DNA of 64,000 nt, taken from Psammoneis japonica. Its lineage: Eukaryota. The notes under the pieces are model-generated. The model saw only the letters and a program-made list of their open reading frames with translations, searched no databases and had not been told where the DNA came from. Location of the stretch: NCBI GenBank assembly GCA_008632985.1, contig QPGO01000147.1:1-64000 (forward strand), given 5' to 3'. How positions within the stretch are numbered: position 1 is the stretch's first letter; each line of letters begins with the position of its first letter. Below, piece by piece: positions 36,910 through 47,761 of the stretch. The position numbers and the translations under genes were made by a program.

Positions 36910-39342
36910 CTATAAATCCGGCTCGTAGGTTGCAATTTCATAAAGCTTCGCACAGAAGTTGATAATCAAAACCAATACGATCGTGCTTCCCAACAACATT
37001 GGTCCCCGAGGGTCGTCCCAACGCCCAGGAATACGAGTCTTGATGCGATCTGCTCGCCACAGAAACACGTGCACTGCATAAAGGCAAAAGCCCAAGGACA
37101 CCGGCAACAAGACGAGAGCGTACCAATGCGCCCAGCTCTCGCCCGTGTCGTCGGAAAAGGCAAGAATACCGGACGAAATTGTGTATAGCGTGACACCGGC
37201 GTGCAGCCAGTGCAAGTAGGTACGCTCGTTCGCGAAGAAGACCTTGGGCTCAATCTTTTGCACAGACGTAGGAGCCAAAACAGTTTCGTAGTAAGCGTTC
37301 GAGGACGAACAGAAAGGGAAGAGCCAGCCGCAAATAGTTTCATCTCCGCAACACTCTTCGGTTTGTCCCCTGAGAATTTCTTGCTCGTCCAAGTCCGCGT
37401 CACTGTAAAAGTTCACTCCATAATTACCAACTACAGGCTGCTTCTTGTCCTTGCCTGCGATCACAGCTTCTTCCATATTGGACGTCCTTCCGGTGGCAGT
37501 CGCGGTTCTGTCTTGCTTGATATCGCCAAACGGCAGCAAGTGGTCATATATCCTATTGGCCCCAGGTCCAACGCCAACCTCTGCATCATCGGGCATGAGG
37601 ATGCGTTCACCCTTGGATGCAAAGATGGAGTCTCGGAGACTGGCGTCATCAACCCAGTACGGAACACTCTGTACGTCCTCGGGAAGAAGTACGGCGCAGC
37701 CATGGATAAACTTGGAGAACTTGTGCACCTCATACAAGAGACCAGAGTTCTGCAAGTCAGTAACCCACTTGGGCGGGGTGGAGTCTTCGCCCTTGAGTTC
37801 AAGCTTGATTTCCAACACCGCGTGTGGGAAGCGGGTGATCTCGTTGTCCTCCAGAATAGCGCTCTTGTCACGATGCCACACGGTTTTGTCCTTGAGGTCA
37901 TATCCGCGCTCGGAAATCATACATAGATTCGTATCAAGACTGACACGAACCGTCGCGTCAAAGGGAATCTGAAAAGCAGTACGCATGTATTGGGTACGCA
38001 TGGTCGGGACTAATTGCTTCGATACCATCACTTGCACCACCTCGCGGGCCAACTGCTCCCACTCGTCAGCTTCCTGTTGCGTCTTGCCCTCCTCGAGCAT
38101 CTTCTTTTTCTTTTCCGAAATTGGATACGTGCCATTCATGACTTGTTCGACTTCTTCTTCCTTGATCTGTGTTTGGTGATGAACGTAGGCAAACGTGCGT
38201 CAGAACCAGCCAGCCATGGTATGCGCAACCTTCATCTCTGCCGTACTTACAATGAAGCGTTCCTTCACACTTACTTCTCCTGTCCACGAATCACGATGAG
38301 TCTTTCGTTCGACAAACACAATCTGTGGATCGGCAGCTCCATACCAGCGGAGACGCGTTGCAATGGCACCGGGCAACTTATCCAATCGTCCATGGTACAA
38401 CTCGAGTTGGTCATTATCGAGATAGACACTGTTTGTGAGTTGACTGTCGCTCTCTCCCGTGGAAGTCTTTTGCAAAAAGACAGGCAAGTTCCTAAGAACT
38501 GCATACTTGACCCTACTCACGTCCTCCGTCTTGACCCAGTACTTGGTCGTGGATCGCAAGAAGGATTGACTGGCGTCAGCGTTCTCCTGAGCTGCTTGGT
38601 CGTTACGAAGAGTAGAGTAGATGCTCGACATGCGCACCACAACGTCGGAATAGTCTCCGCGCACCCACGCTTGTGCGTGCAGACGAGATACATAAAAGGA
38701 CCGACAGGGATTGGTGGGAACGTACTTGTCGTGCTTTTTGAGAATCTTGTGAAGGCCCATAAAATTGATATTCACGTACTTTTCTAGAGTCAAAAAAGCC
38801 TCGGCCACTTCATCCACCTGAGTACGAATCAAATCCATAGATCGTTCACTGCCACTGAGGTTCCTTTCGAGATTGGCCTCGATTTCTTCAATCTTCTGAC
38901 GGAGTTCCGTGACCTTAGCAAGAGTGAAGGACTCGATCTTACCGATTTCTCCCTCGAGAGCTTTGAGAAAAGCCTCATTGGTTGCTGTTTGGTTGAACTG
39001 AGGCAAGCCCTGAGCGTTCGTGGGAGGTGGTGTCGTGAGAGAAACTTGTCGCTTCGTCAAATCGGCGCTAAAAGATATTCAAAAAAGTGAAAAGTGTAAG
39101 ATACAATTTTCAGGATTTGCAGTTTCACGCAGATTCGCGAAGATTCCCGCTGTAGAAAACGTACTGAGAAAGTACACAGATCTGACGTGATGCGCGTTTG
39201 TTGGACAACAATGGCCTCCTTACCTGGCGAGCGCATTTTGGCTGAGTTCACGAATGATTCCATCAAGACGTGCGTAATCCAAATAAGGCTCGGGGCCGTA
39301 CTCTTCTGCAATGTTATCTCGCAGGTGCTGCTTAAACTTCAT
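36910..39342 (-). CDS. VTC4: Vacuolar transporter chaperone 4 (polyphosphate polymerase; SPX-VTC-DUF202), complement(join(36910..38166,38251..39067,39224..39342))
   Basis: SPX motifs MKF...YLDY and NFMGLHKILKKHDK; VTC motifs RSTTKYWV, SVYLDN, RLRWYG, VERKTH, FPHAVLEIKL, KFSKFIHG; DUF202 motif EPKVFFANERTYLHW. Both GT-AG introns are in frame. Confidence 0.95.
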
Positions 39343-39469
39343 GGTGGTGTTCGAGCTGTAGCCCCCCGTGCTTTGCGGCTTGCGACGAGAAATAAAAATG
39401 AGAACGGTATGTTGTTGGTTACGTGGATATATTACTGGATCCAACGTACGTGACTCCTACAGAGAGCCA

Positions 39470-41138
39470 CCGTACCATGCTGTCAGTCTGGCTGTCTGGC
39501 AAGCGCTGGCGCGAGAGCTGGCGTGCCAAAAAGAAATGCGCGTTTCGCTCGCGCGCGTGGGGAGCGTGCGGCTGGCCGGCGGCTGCGTTGTTGTTTGTCG
39601 CATTGTTGTTGCTGCAGCCAGCGATCAACTTACCCCTTGTGTGTTATGTCTAAGACGATTGAACAAACATGGTGATGGATGACTTTACGTGGCGGCTAGT
39701 CATGCGCTGGCTTGATGCTCAGGATGTCGGATCTGCGTCCAGAGTTTGTAAATCCTGGAACAAAATGCTCTCCTCAAGTCAAGACTGTGGAGACTTGTGG
39801 AAACAAATCTGCGCAAACACTTACTCCGAGAGTACGGTCCAGAGTTTTCTCTCCGTACAACCGAACTGGGATTTCCGTCGCTTGGCTGAATCGCTCTACA
39901 GGGAAGTGCCGATGGAGGAGCTTCCAAGAGTTCCACTCACTCACAACCTTCCGTTGAACTCCATCTTTGCAGTTGTGGAACTCTGCCGAATCGAGAGATC
40001 CATCGATGTCAACAAAAACAAGCGTCGCCGACACGTCATAGCTTCGTGGTCGCAAGATCAGATTCGGTGCGAATCCCAAAATATGTTACGTGCGCATGAC
40101 ACCGTGGGGGTGCTAACGGTTGAAAATCCGTACGCATCATCAACAGCATCCGTTCGCAAGTCTTGGTACTGTGATGATGATGAAGCGCTCGGTTTGAAGG
40201 GCATCACTGGCATCACAACAGACATTGTAGAAGATGCTGTAAGAGCACACATTGGCAAACGTGTTCCCCGACTCCGAGTTACTCTGTTCAGGCGTGACAA
40301 CATGAAATCAGTGTGCATTGTAGACAGTGAAGCCTTCATCCAAGAACGAGGCCCCCTGTTGTACCCTGACATCTACGAAAAGCGCTTCTGTTGGATGAAT
40401 GAAGACATCAAGGTAGATTGTACTCAGGCTGGAGGAAGGGCTCTCATTTTACAGGCCGAACATGAATCAAATGCCTTTGAATGCACGGCGGGTTTCGATT
40501 TGAGAATCCTAGAGGAGAAGGAGTTTCCTTGGCTTTCAGAGCTGAGAGACTGCAGAGGAGGGAAGCAGATTCGCAGCTTACTATCCAAAATACCTGCCTT
40601 CAAGGTTCAAATTTGTGACTTTAGTCTGAGTTTTCATTGCACAATTAGAGGGCGATCGCTTCTTTTTGGAGAGTGAAAATGACATGGCTGTTGCATTGGA
40701 AGGCTTGCGTTGGCGATGAGCGAAGGAAGTGGAGGGACTTGATGGTTGTCTTCCTACCTATAGAAAAGGCAGTACTCAAGTAGACAGCGGAGATTGACTC
40801 TCAGCATGTACGGTATTGCGGGGTCTTGGAAAAGTCGTGAAATTCACTCAAGTATCAATATCCTGAAGCATGGTGGGAACGACATTGTAGTTTATTGAGC
40901 CTTTGCATACCGATATATGGCGATTCGTTCGGCATCTATATGGCTTGATTATTTATCATTAGACGTTTGACGTACTACTGTGGTATTTTTATTGTCTACC
41001 ATTAGACATTTGTCGAACTTTGGGCGTATTGTATTTAGTATCACATATTGCAGAGTGCGTGGGAAGCGGTGCGGTATAGATACGCAACACTACTGACCCG
41101 AGGTAAACAATAGTGCATAGATACTATTGGCGCTACGA
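39470..41138. repeat. Copy 2 of the 1.7-kb inverted segmental duplication (partner 8710-10400)
   Basis: Reverse-complement near-identity with copy 1. Confidence 0.95.
39669..40676 (+). CDS. F-box-like protein; a net 2-nt loss near 40640-40650 alters the C-terminus (ancestral stop probably at 40719)
   Basis: 335-aa ORF. Copy 1 reads gcaccaattcagag where this copy reads gcacaattagag. Confidence 0.75.
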   Translation: MVMDDFTWRLVMRWLDAQDVGSASRVCKSWNKMLSSSQDCGDLWKQICANTYSESTVQSFLSVQPNWDFRRLAESLYREVPMEELPRVPLTHNLPLNSIFAVVELCRIERSIDVNKNKRRRHVIASWSQDQIRCESQNMLRAHDTVGVLTVENPYASSTASVRKSWYCDDDEALGLKGITGITTDIVEDAVRAHIGKRVPRLRVTLFRRDNMKSVCIVDSEAFIQERGPLLYPDIYEKRFCWMNEDIKVDCTQAGGRALILQAEHESNAFECTAGFDLRILEEKEFPWLSELRDCRGGKQIRSLLSKIPAFKVQICDFSLSFHCTIRGRSLLFGE

Positions 41139-41163
41139 AGTTTGGACGATCGTGTTTGTTTCA

Positions 41164-41898
41164 TGTTGAATACCAATGGATTCATCAGTTGTTCTTGGCT
41201 TCGGTACTTGAGATGCTAGTGGCTTTCATTTTCAAAACAAGTGGTGCGAGTAGCGATGCTTTTCAATTGTTCCATGCGAGTTTGGCCGTTTGCTACATTG
41301 GCCATGGACCGCATATGTTCCACTACAGTTCATATTTTTATCATCTTTCGAATACTCTTTGGTACTAGAAAAGCTTTCGTGAAACTACAATGCTCTCTCG
41401 TCTTTCTCAGATAACAATCCAGTCTGTCTCCTCTCTCTAGCTAGAGACACAGAATGTACAACCACGTGATCGCCCCAAACAATGCAGGGCTGTGTTGAAT
41501 ATACTAATGGATTCATCATTTTCGCTCGACTTTGGTAATTGAGATGCACGAGTATCGATGCCTTTCGATTGTTCCATACAAGAGTGGTCGTGTACTACAT
41601 TGGCCGAGACGGCATCTCTAGCTTGTACTACATTTCCTATACTTTCTCAACATTCGGTTTCACATGGAGTTATTTACTTCTCACTTCCGATTCGAGATTT
41701 CATTGGTTTGTTGTGTAGGCCACGCTTCATCCCACCTCGGGGATTTCAATTACTGTCTACTAGGGATTCTCTGAAAGAAAAGCGTTCATCAAACTATAGT
41801 ACCGTCTCCTCTTTCTCAAAGTAATGATCCAGCCTCTCTCTCTCCTCTCTCTAGCTAGAGGCAGAGAATACAACCGAGTGATTGTTTCAAACAATACA
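41164..41898. repeat. Diverged tandem duplication (about 41164-41486 and 41494-41898), each unit ending near ctctctagctagag
   Basis: Shared blocks tgttgaa..aatggattcatca, ttgagatgc, attgttccat, ctacattggcc and ctcctctctctagctagag. Confidence 0.78.
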
Positions 41899-42065
41899 CG
41901 AATGAAATTGCTTTCCCTATCAATCGAACAAACATATTTTGATGCTCTGAAACCGCCTGTTCATGTGTCTGTGTCTCGATCCCTCTTCACGCCCCCGCCC
42001 CTTAAATACATTGCAAAACCGAACAATTGACTTCCCCCAATTCTGCTCCGCTCGCTAGCAATGGT

Positions 42066-43107
42066 TCAAACCATTGAAGTAAAGACCATGAACAAACTCG
42101 TTGCAATGGCATAAACCCGCATGACAAGACAAGCAGAGCCATACAGGCTACTGCTGGTTGCCGCCGACGGTATCAATGTCATTGTTGGTGACGGCGACGG
42201 CGTTACTTGTTCAATGGAGCAACCTCGTGTTGACTCGACACGCTGTCCTGCAGAGACGGTAGGACAAGCCGCGGCGAATTCTCCATTGGAACTGCAAAAC
42301 ATACCAGTGATATTGACTGTGTCAGCTAGAGGAGACGCAAAGCACACTTGCTGTGTAAAGGAGGGCGTTTTTTCAAACATAAAGGCCATGTCTTGGACAC
42401 TGGATAAATCCCAGCTGTTGATAAAGCTGCCATTGACATTGACGGCTCCACGAAACATGTACAGCATAGTTGTTACAGATGACGTGTTCCAGTTCTGAAT
42501 CGAGTTTGCCGTGAAATTGGTGGCAGAAACAAACATGGATTGCACATCCTCGACCGAAGAAAGGTCCCATTCTCCAATATTTTGATTAAAGGCTCGAGCA
42601 CGCGCAAACATTCCAAACATTTTCGTGACGGAGCTTTGTTTATGATTAGAGAAAAAGAAATTGGTAGAGTGAGATTCTTGTAAGATTTTCAACAAACGAA
42701 TGAAACGCAAACCGTTTCTACCTTTCAAAATACACAAGATCTGTAACTACAGCATCGCAAAGGCTTGCTACGTACCCGACATTCCATTTTCCAATATCTT
42801 GATTAAAGGCCAAAGCTTCGTCAAACATACCAGCCATATTTACCACGTTGGACGTGTCCCATCCGCTTATATCGTCGTTGAAGGTTTCGGCTGGAAAATT
42901 AGGGCCGGGGGCGAACAATACGGACATGTCTGTCACAAGCGAAGTGTTCCAAGTGGAAATATGCCCATAGGTGGAATTGGCGAGCGTCTCATTGGCGACC
43001 CACTCACGCACCGCCTTGCGAATGTTGGTGTCGTTGAACACATAATTCGCACGCGACAAACGAATAGAATTGATGAGAAACAACACTATGCATGAATTAG
43101 ACTTCAT
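42066..43107 (-). CDS. DUF285 (BspA-like) repeat surface protein, complement(join(42066..42633,42776..43107))
   Basis: Signal peptide, YGHISTWNTSLVTDM, repeated FNxDIxxWDxSxVxxMxxMF, and a hydrophobic C-terminus (GPI or TM). The intron is in frame. Confidence 0.88.
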
Positions 43108-43239
43108 TCTTGACGTTTGTAAGCAGTGTATCGAATGGTATGGACGCGATGAGAGGTCGTACTGTAGTCTAAAGACCGCTTAGGGCTATTTCCAGTGCAT
43201 CATCGCTGATACAGTACCGAGAGATCTCAGGATCCCTTC

Positions 43240-43420
43240 CGCTCAGATCCGCGCGGCCGCCGCGCGCGGGCGGGCATGGTATTGAGAAAATGACGTCATC
43301 ATGACGCTTACTGTGCTGCATGAGATATTCAGTACGTACGACGTACGTACAGTAATTACAACCGTCTCGCGATCGCTCCGCGGCCGCCCGCTCCGCTCTA
43401 AAAAACACACGCGACGACGA
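43240..43420. promoter_or_regulatory. CpG-dense island upstream of the DUF285 gene, with a near-palindrome gtacgtacgacgtacgtac
   Basis: ccgcgcggccgccgcgcgcgggcggg; near-palindrome at 43332-43350. The regulatory role is inferred from position only. Confidence 0.4.
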
Positions 43421-44297
43421 TGATGATTCTTGATTCTTAATTCTTAATCGACACCGCCATGACGACGACGCAAGAAGAACAAAGCATTGCAGCCGAGGTG
43501 TTGGCTGCTTCCTTGGGCGGAGCCATTTAGGCCTCATTTCTATATCCGCTCGAATTGTTAAAGACGAAAATGCAAGCCGAAAGTGCCAGTGATGAGGATG
43601 AAGAAAACAGCACATCCATGGTGGAGTATGCGGAAAACTTGTACCACCGCCAGGGTTGATTTATTTTCATCAAGGGCATGGAGTTTTCCGCCTTGCAATC
43701 GGCCACGGAAAAGGCGCTCTAGTTTTTTGCTTACACGGCCTTGAAAAAGATTGCAGCCCGATCCAGAACGAAACAAAGCAGGAAGCGAAGAGAAGCGGAG
43801 CATCAACAACATGGACGCAGTAAAAGAGAAACTATTTGCTTTTTTGAGTTATTGTTTACAATTAATTGCCGGATTTGTAACATTGCTGATGAACTGAGTG
43901 GCTTCGATGAGTTGAAAGCTCTCTTGTCTGCTGTTGCCTTGGACGTTGGAGTCGAATTCGATGATCCGTCAAGCTATCAGTCCAAGGCCCGATCATGACT
44001 CTCGTCTGACTCTCAGATCAAAGTATACTCCAACAGGATCTCTTGAATGACCGCCCCTATTTACTTTCTCGAGAAAGACACCCTCGAAAAAGTAACAGGC
44101 TCGATGATTCGCGAAGACCATGGGTCACACCAAAGAAGTGAAGTAGTGGTTCTATTCAACGTCTCCCCCCCATCCTCTTATTTGAAATACCAAAGGGCGT
44201 TTCTCATCGCCTAAAGAGCAAGAAGACTCAACAATAACACTCTCTTGGAGACTCCTTTCGTGATCGAATCTAAGGGGAACAACGTGTTGTCTCCCTT

Positions 44298-47062
44298 ATG
44301 GAGTTGACAGCAGCGTATATCTACGATTGGTACCTCACGTCTGACGGAGAAGCAGCAGCGGAAAGTAACAATGAAAGTGAGCCGCTGACGCCCTCAAGTC
44401 CATGCTTTCAAGTGATGCCTGTGTTCTTCGTGATGGGCAAGAAAAGATGCTTCCTCCTGAGGAGCTTGTTCCCGGTGATATCGACATGCTTGGGCTCGGA
44501 GACAAGATCCCATGTGATATGCGTATTATCTCCTCCGCCAACCGTGCCTGTCAAGAAGCCGCACTCACTGGTGAGTCGGTCCCCATTGATAAGAGCGTCG
44601 AGCCCATCCCCATGCCTGAAAGTGGCGACCCCTCCCAGACGCCTCTTGGAGACCGTCAGAACATGACCTTCAGTGCCACGCTTTTTGCCCAGGGTAGTGG
44701 TGTCGGTATTGCCATTGCTACCGGTGACAACACCCAGATCGGTACTATCGATGCAGTTGCCATTGCTCTTGTTGCCGCCGTTGCCATGATTCCCGAGGTT
44801 CTCGAGGCCATTGTCACCGTCGTCTACGCTTACGCTGTGTCCAACGTGGCCGACCACAACGCCATTGTTCGTGCTCTTCCCGCCGTCGAGACGTTGGGCA
44901 GTGTCACCGTCATCTGTTCTGACAAGACCGGTACGCTCACCAAGAACGAAATGTCCCTCACCGCCTTTGTCACGGCCGACTCCCGCTGGAAGGTGGATGT
45001 CCACAGCAAGGATCGCGTCACCTCTAACTTTGTCCGCGACGACAAGTACTTGTTTGAGCGTGCTAACCACCAGATGAACCGCAAGACCAAGGACGTAGTC
45101 GCCGATGGACCCATGGGTGGCAAGAAAAAGCGCGGCAAGAAGGACTCCTCCTTCCACTTTGCCGCTGATACTCGTACCGACGGCAACGTGTCTACGCACC
45201 AGTCCGCCCACAACACCGCCGCACTTGATGACGATGCCAACGCTGAACACCAAGGCGAGTCCCCTAGCGTCGAATACGTCAAGTCCGTCCTATCCGGTGG
45301 TATCTTGTGCTCCAAGTGTGTAACCCCACCGAGCTCTCCATTCTTCGCGCTGCGTACTTTACCGGTATCGAGATTGAAGACATGAAGAAGGCTGCTCCCA
45401 TTGCCGCTGAAGTGCCTTTCACAAGTTCATGGCTACCGTACACCCCCCGGTTGAGGAAGTTGACGGCAACGATTTCGATAGCAAGCACGTTGTGCACGTC
45501 AAGGGTGCTCCTGACCGCATGATCCCTCTTTGCAAGTACCAATCCAAGGGTGGCAAGTTCACCGGCGACGGCATCGAAGCTCTTGATAAGAAGTTCTGGA
45601 ATGAACAGATTGCTATCCTCAGTTCTCACGGTCTTCGTGTTTGGCGCTGTGCCGTGGATCCATCGACACCAGCGCAGTCAGTCAGGGCGAGCAACTTGGT
45701 CCTGAGTTTGTCAATGAACGTGGAGAACCCTGGATGACCATGGTTGGTCTCTGTGCCATCATGGATCATCCTCGTCAAGAGTGTGTTGCCGCCATTTCCG
45801 AAGCCTACGGCGCCGGTGTCCGTGTTGCCATGATTACCGGTGACCACAAGGATACCGCTGTTGCTGTTGGACACATGTTGGGTATTGTCGACGAGAAATA
45901 CAGCGAGGATGTGACTGGACCCGAGATGGATGCCATGGACGACGACCAGCTCCGTAAGGCTGTCATGGCCCACAACGTGTTTGCTCGTGCTTCCCTCAGA
46001 ACAAGATTCGTATTTTGAAGGCACTCCAAGCCGAAGGACAGGTTGCCAGTGTGACCGGAGATGGAGTCAACGACGCGTGAGTACTTCGACTTCTGTTTTA
46101 TTTTCTCTTGTATCCTAATCTCTTGGGCTTCACTTTTCACACTACTGTTCCATTGTTTCGTATGTGTCTTTCAGTCCTGCAATCAAGGCCGCCGACATGG
46201 GTGTTGCCATGGGTAAAGAGGGAACCGATGTAGCTCTTGAAGCTTCCGAGATGATTTTTGCTGACTATAACTTTGCCACTATCGTTACCGCCGTTCGTAA
46301 GGGCCGTACTGTGTGGGATAACCTCCGTAAGGTGTTGTTGGTGAACACTCCCATCAACAACTTTTAGGGTCTCTCCTTTCTGTTTGGTTTTGCTTTCGGC
46401 CTTGAAGATACCCCTTTGACCGCCATTCAGGTGTTGTACTCCAACTTGATCTGCGCCGTGACTCTTGGATTTGTGTGCGCCGTCGAGCCTGCCGAAGATG
46501 GTATCATGAACATCCCTCCTCGCCGCGTTGGGAAACGCCTCATTGGACGCTACCTCTTCCTCCGTATCGCTCTCGGAACCATTGCGTTGACCGCTGCAGT
46601 CGTTGGATCGTCCTTTTGGGCTCGCTCTCTTGACTACACTCTTGAGGAACACGTGCCCAGGCCTTCAACACTTTGGACTTTTGTGCCATTGTCATCACTG
46701 CAAGTGCTCGTTTCACTCACAACAGTTCCATCCACCCCCGTATTTTCAAGGGCAACATGTCTCTGTGGTATTCCGCTATTATTGTCATTGTGCTCCAGCT
46801 CTTCACAACCTACACCCCCGGTTTGAACGACACCATCTTTGGCATGTCCGGCATGGACGGAACCCAGTGGGGTATTACCATTTTGATGATGGTTTCCGTC
46901 TTTTTGATCATGGAGGCCGAGAAAGCGCTCCGCCGTCGCCTCAAGGCCCAGGGTTCGGATACGGACGATCGCGAGGAGTGGATCTTTGATGAGCATGTTG
47001 AGCCTGCCCCGCAGGGCACCAAGCTTCTTCCAAAGGGAGCTTCCAAAGCTCAACTTGGCTGA
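44298..47062 (+). pseudogene. Type II P-type cation ATPase pseudogene
   Basis: Motifs [33 protein letters not shown] and intron 46078-46174. Internal deletions of TM segments, several frameshifts, and an in-frame TAG at 46365-46367. Start approximate. Confidence 0.88.
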
Positions 47063-47761
47063 ATTGGACCGATAGAGTCCAGCTTGCGTATATGCTTTCA
47101 ACGCCGCTGTCAGCCTGGGGACGAAGCATCCTATCTGTCTCCAAGTATATGTGTATATGTGTGTTGGTGTGCTTGTCGCCATGATATTCAGAGAAAGAAT
47201 AGTCTTGACAATGCTGTAAATAATAATCAAGCATATAGTATGCAAAGTACCTTCGAACCAATAGCTTTTCATTTTTTACTTCATGAGTTATCATATGAGT
47301 CGTAGACCGTTCGCTCCTAGCTATATCCCGCATGATGTTGTCAAGCAGGAACTTGGTTTAGCAAACAGGAACATAATGAAAAGTTTGAAAGAGTTTTTTA
47401 CTAGCTATTTGTTGGGCAATGATACCGAGAACGTTTCGCCTGAGTTGTTATGGTAGTTAAAAAGTTGTAGGATGATAATACGTCGGAAGCACAGTAGTTA
47501 AAATCATCACCTGTCGGTATCGCAACAGTTCATCACGTCGTGAGTCTCCGAAGCGATATTGAGATTGGCGCCGAGGAACGCTAAGCGGTGTTTTGGTCAG
47601 GTTTTGACAACAGAAAAAAACGTGTCCCGTTTTGTGATCTCTGGGACTACGTAGAAACCACGTAGCCGCCAGTATTCGCGAATCATCCTCCACGCTTTGC
47701 GCTTTCCCACTCCATCTCACAAAACGGGCAATTCGTCTTTTGTTATCATCAAGCATCAACC

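Noticed and set aside
37201..38787. Long + strand ORFs opposite VTC4 (and - strand ORFs opposite the ATPase)
   Set aside because: Antisense shadows of codon-biased genes.
8710..41138. The inverted 1.7-kb copies as TIRs of one giant transposon
   Set aside because: They contain a host-type F-box gene, I saw no target-site duplication or transposase, and the interior holds ordinary genes.
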